Shown: in pieces, positions 61,921 to 64,000 of the stretch | Numbering within the stretch: position 1 is the first letter of the stretch | Layout of the letters: each line of letters starts with the position of its first letter | Assembly (NCBI GenBank): GCA_002104905.1 | Contig: MCFE01000165.1 | Location: forward strand, 83,015-147,014 | Length of the DNA stretch: 64,000 nt | From: Basidiobolus meristosporus CBS 931.73 | Lineage: Eukaryota > Fungi > Basidiobolomycota | Direction of reading: 5' to 3' | Program-made: the position numbers and the translations under genes | Notes under the pieces: model-generated | The model's input: the letters and a program-made list of their open reading frames with translations, nothing else | Told to the model about the DNA's origin: nothing | Database searches by the model: none

Positions 61921-62285
61921 ATGGAACATCATAGAAAAGCATTGCTTTGTTGTTAGCAAGTATTGATGCGCAAATAGTGGTACTACGTGAATTATTGAGT
62001 AACTATTTACTCTAGTTGGTTCCAAGATATTCCTAGACAATATGCTCAAAATCAATATTAGCATCAATAGCTTGCTCTTTGATCACTAAACCACCGCACC
62101 CAATATGCGGTGGCCTTGGTTTTGTCTAGCCGTTGAGGAATGAAACCAGAGTACAGTCACAAGAGAGGCAAAAGTGAAATGTGATGAAGTAAGTGTATAT
62201 GAAAGTAATATAAATCTACAGGACAGAAGAGAACAACTAGTAGTTAAACAGCACTCACTGACACTCCACCAAGTAGAGCACCAAC

Positions 62286-62765
62286 ATGGACAATAAACAA
62301 GTCATGAGGGGAAAGCTTAAGGACCGCTACTTGGGGATCAAGACCAAAAGAGGAAGCTGCCTCTACCATAGCAGTCCTCGCGCTCCAAAGGAAGACCAAG
62401 AGTCTATTATAGACAAAGATTGCGGCGAGAAGAGCAGTACAATTACCAGTTCTGGTAGTGGTACCTTTGGAAGTCCCAAATACCTGGAGAAAACTTGGAA
62501 AAAATTGGCAGATGACTCAGTTGTCCTGAGGAGAAAACAAACCAATGCAATTGAGCAGTTCCGAAACAAACTTCAGCTTAGTTCTTCTTTGCCTCACTAT
62601 AAAGTACTCCAAGTGGCTTATTTTGATTATAAGCGTATGAAGGAGAATCAGGCAGAGACTGATAAATTAAGTGATAGTCAATTGCATCACTTCTTAGATC
62701 AGGTAGAGAAACAGTCGCACAGCCAAGAGACGGAACAAGAATTGACGATTACAGAAACCAAATAA
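62286..62765 (+). CDS. Hypothetical protein (159 aa), no recognised domain
   Basis: Open ATG-initiated ORF followed by AATAAA-rich sequence. Confidence 0.4.
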   Translation: MDNKQVMRGKLKDRYLGIKTKRGSCLYHSSPRAPKEDQESIIDKDCGEKSSTITSSGSGTFGSPKYLEKTWKKLADDSVVLRRKQTNAIEQFRNKLQLSSSLPHYKVLQVAYFDYKRMKENQAETDKLSDSQLHHFLDQVEKQSHSQETEQELTITETK

Positions 62766-62997
62766 TTTTGCCAATGTAGTTTTGCATTTTAATAAAATAA
62801 AAGGGTGTTAATAAGAACAGAATAAAGTTAACTTATGTGTACATCAAATGATTCAAATACTGGCTAGATGGATGTTACGTAGGAGCAAGAAGCTCAGTAA
62901 CCTCAAAGGAAAGATATGATGAATGGGCCACCGACATCATCCAAATGAGTATAAAAGTGGAGAAAGGAGACATAATCCTTCATAAAAAACAAGAAGC

Positions 62998-63783
62998 ATG
63001 GAAGCAGGCAGTAGCCGGGTAGATGCCAGGAGTGAAGGTAGAGTACAAAGAGAGCAAGGAAGGGGACAAGGACGCGGAAGAGGACGCGGAACCGGGCGCG
63101 GAAGAGGAAGAGGGCAAGGAAGTGGCCAAATCCAAGAGGAGCGTGAAGGAGGTGTTGCAGCAAACGTGGATGATGCTGAGCAAGTTGCTGTAGTCACTAC
63201 CAGGCGGCCGGTCAACCAAGTTTCCCAAGCATTGTCAGAGGTTTGACAAGAGCTTCCAGAATATAGGACAACATTGCACCATGAGATATTGCGACATATG
63301 TGCCAGGAGATTAAACAGAGGAGGGGTGATATTGTAAAGCTAAATCGGGATATTGCTGGACTTCAAGCCCAGATTGATTTCAGTTTCCACCATTCTACTG
63401 AGGCATTAGTGGCACAAATGGTGGAAAAGTTTGCCCGCATCAGGGCAAGCGATGAGCAGGATGCATCTTCCGACCCAGGTGTACTTGTGAGCAACAGTAT
63501 TGGAGGGGATACTACTTCCTCCCTCAAACCTACCACAAGCCAAGAGACAAGAGCAGAATCCTCCACAACAATGAGAATGGCCCCCACGCAGGTTGATATG
63601 GAAGTGTGCGAAGAAGACGTGGAGAAGCAGAGTGGGGATACTATAGGCCAACCAGAAACTGTAATGGAGGCAGAGAGACCAAGTCATATTGTCATCTTAA
63701 AAATACCACAGGTTGATTCATCGCTATCACTTCCCCCATCATCACTATCTGTGCCCCCATCACCACCGCCATCCTCTGGCTAA
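62998..63783 (+). CDS. Possible hypothetical gene: RG-rich ORF 62998-63246 and coiled-coil/Ser-Pro ORF 63274-63783; exon structure unresolved
   Basis: Adjacent same-strand ORFs with RGRGRG low complexity and an EIKQRRGDIVKLNRDIAGLQAQI heptad pattern. Confidence 0.3.
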
Positions 63784-64000
63784 CTTGAGTAAATAAAGAA
63801 TTTCCACCATCCCAAATCAATGAATTGACAAGTAATAAGTTGAACTGATAAGATTGACGATTTACAGACTAATATATGTAAAGTATGTAGTACTTAAGAG
63901 CTTTCAAGTTGTGGTGTATTATCAAGTATTCACCGTCACATAAATCACGCAGCAGTTGTTGTATCCCTATCCCAATGGCATTAGAAGTCAGCAGTTACAA

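Noticed and set aside
1-64000. tRNA, rRNA or spliceosomal snRNA genes
   Set aside because: None was recognised by eye on either strand. A covariance-model search would be needed to exclude diverged snRNAs.

Overview
This is eukaryotic DNA from an intron-rich, early-diverging fungus. Minor introns plus an AP-4 subunit fit Zoopagomycota/Mucoromycota (e.g. Basidiobolus-like), but the taxon is an inference. The window has three zones. (1) 1-21.7 kb is a CpG-depleted nest of one Ty1/copia family. It includes a complete 4684-bp copy (11832-16515) with 349-bp LTRs and a perfect 5-bp TSD inserted into gag of a sister copy, a Ty5-type half-tRNAiMet primer site, and a CACTA-like fragment. (2) 22.6-56.0 kb is a compact gene block: ferroportin-like, Dis3L2/Ssd1-like RNase II, Sds3-like, glutaredoxin-like, Rab5-related GTPase, TRP/FLC-like channel, RAV1, Ldb17, AP-4 mu, Srk1/Rck2 kinase, TMEM184, STE14 and an intronless histamine-N-methyltransferase-like gene. 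(3) 56.1-64 kb holds a second CACTA-like end, a decayed non-LTR retroelement punctuated by a repeated double-hairpin motif, a 155-bp tandem array and orphan ORFs. The most notable signals are two U12-type (minor spliceosome) introns, one AT-AC in Sds3 and one GT-AG in AP-4 mu, and a near-complete type I hammerhead-like fold in the 155-bp monomer that lacks catalytic G12. All gene models were spliced by eye and no database searches were run.
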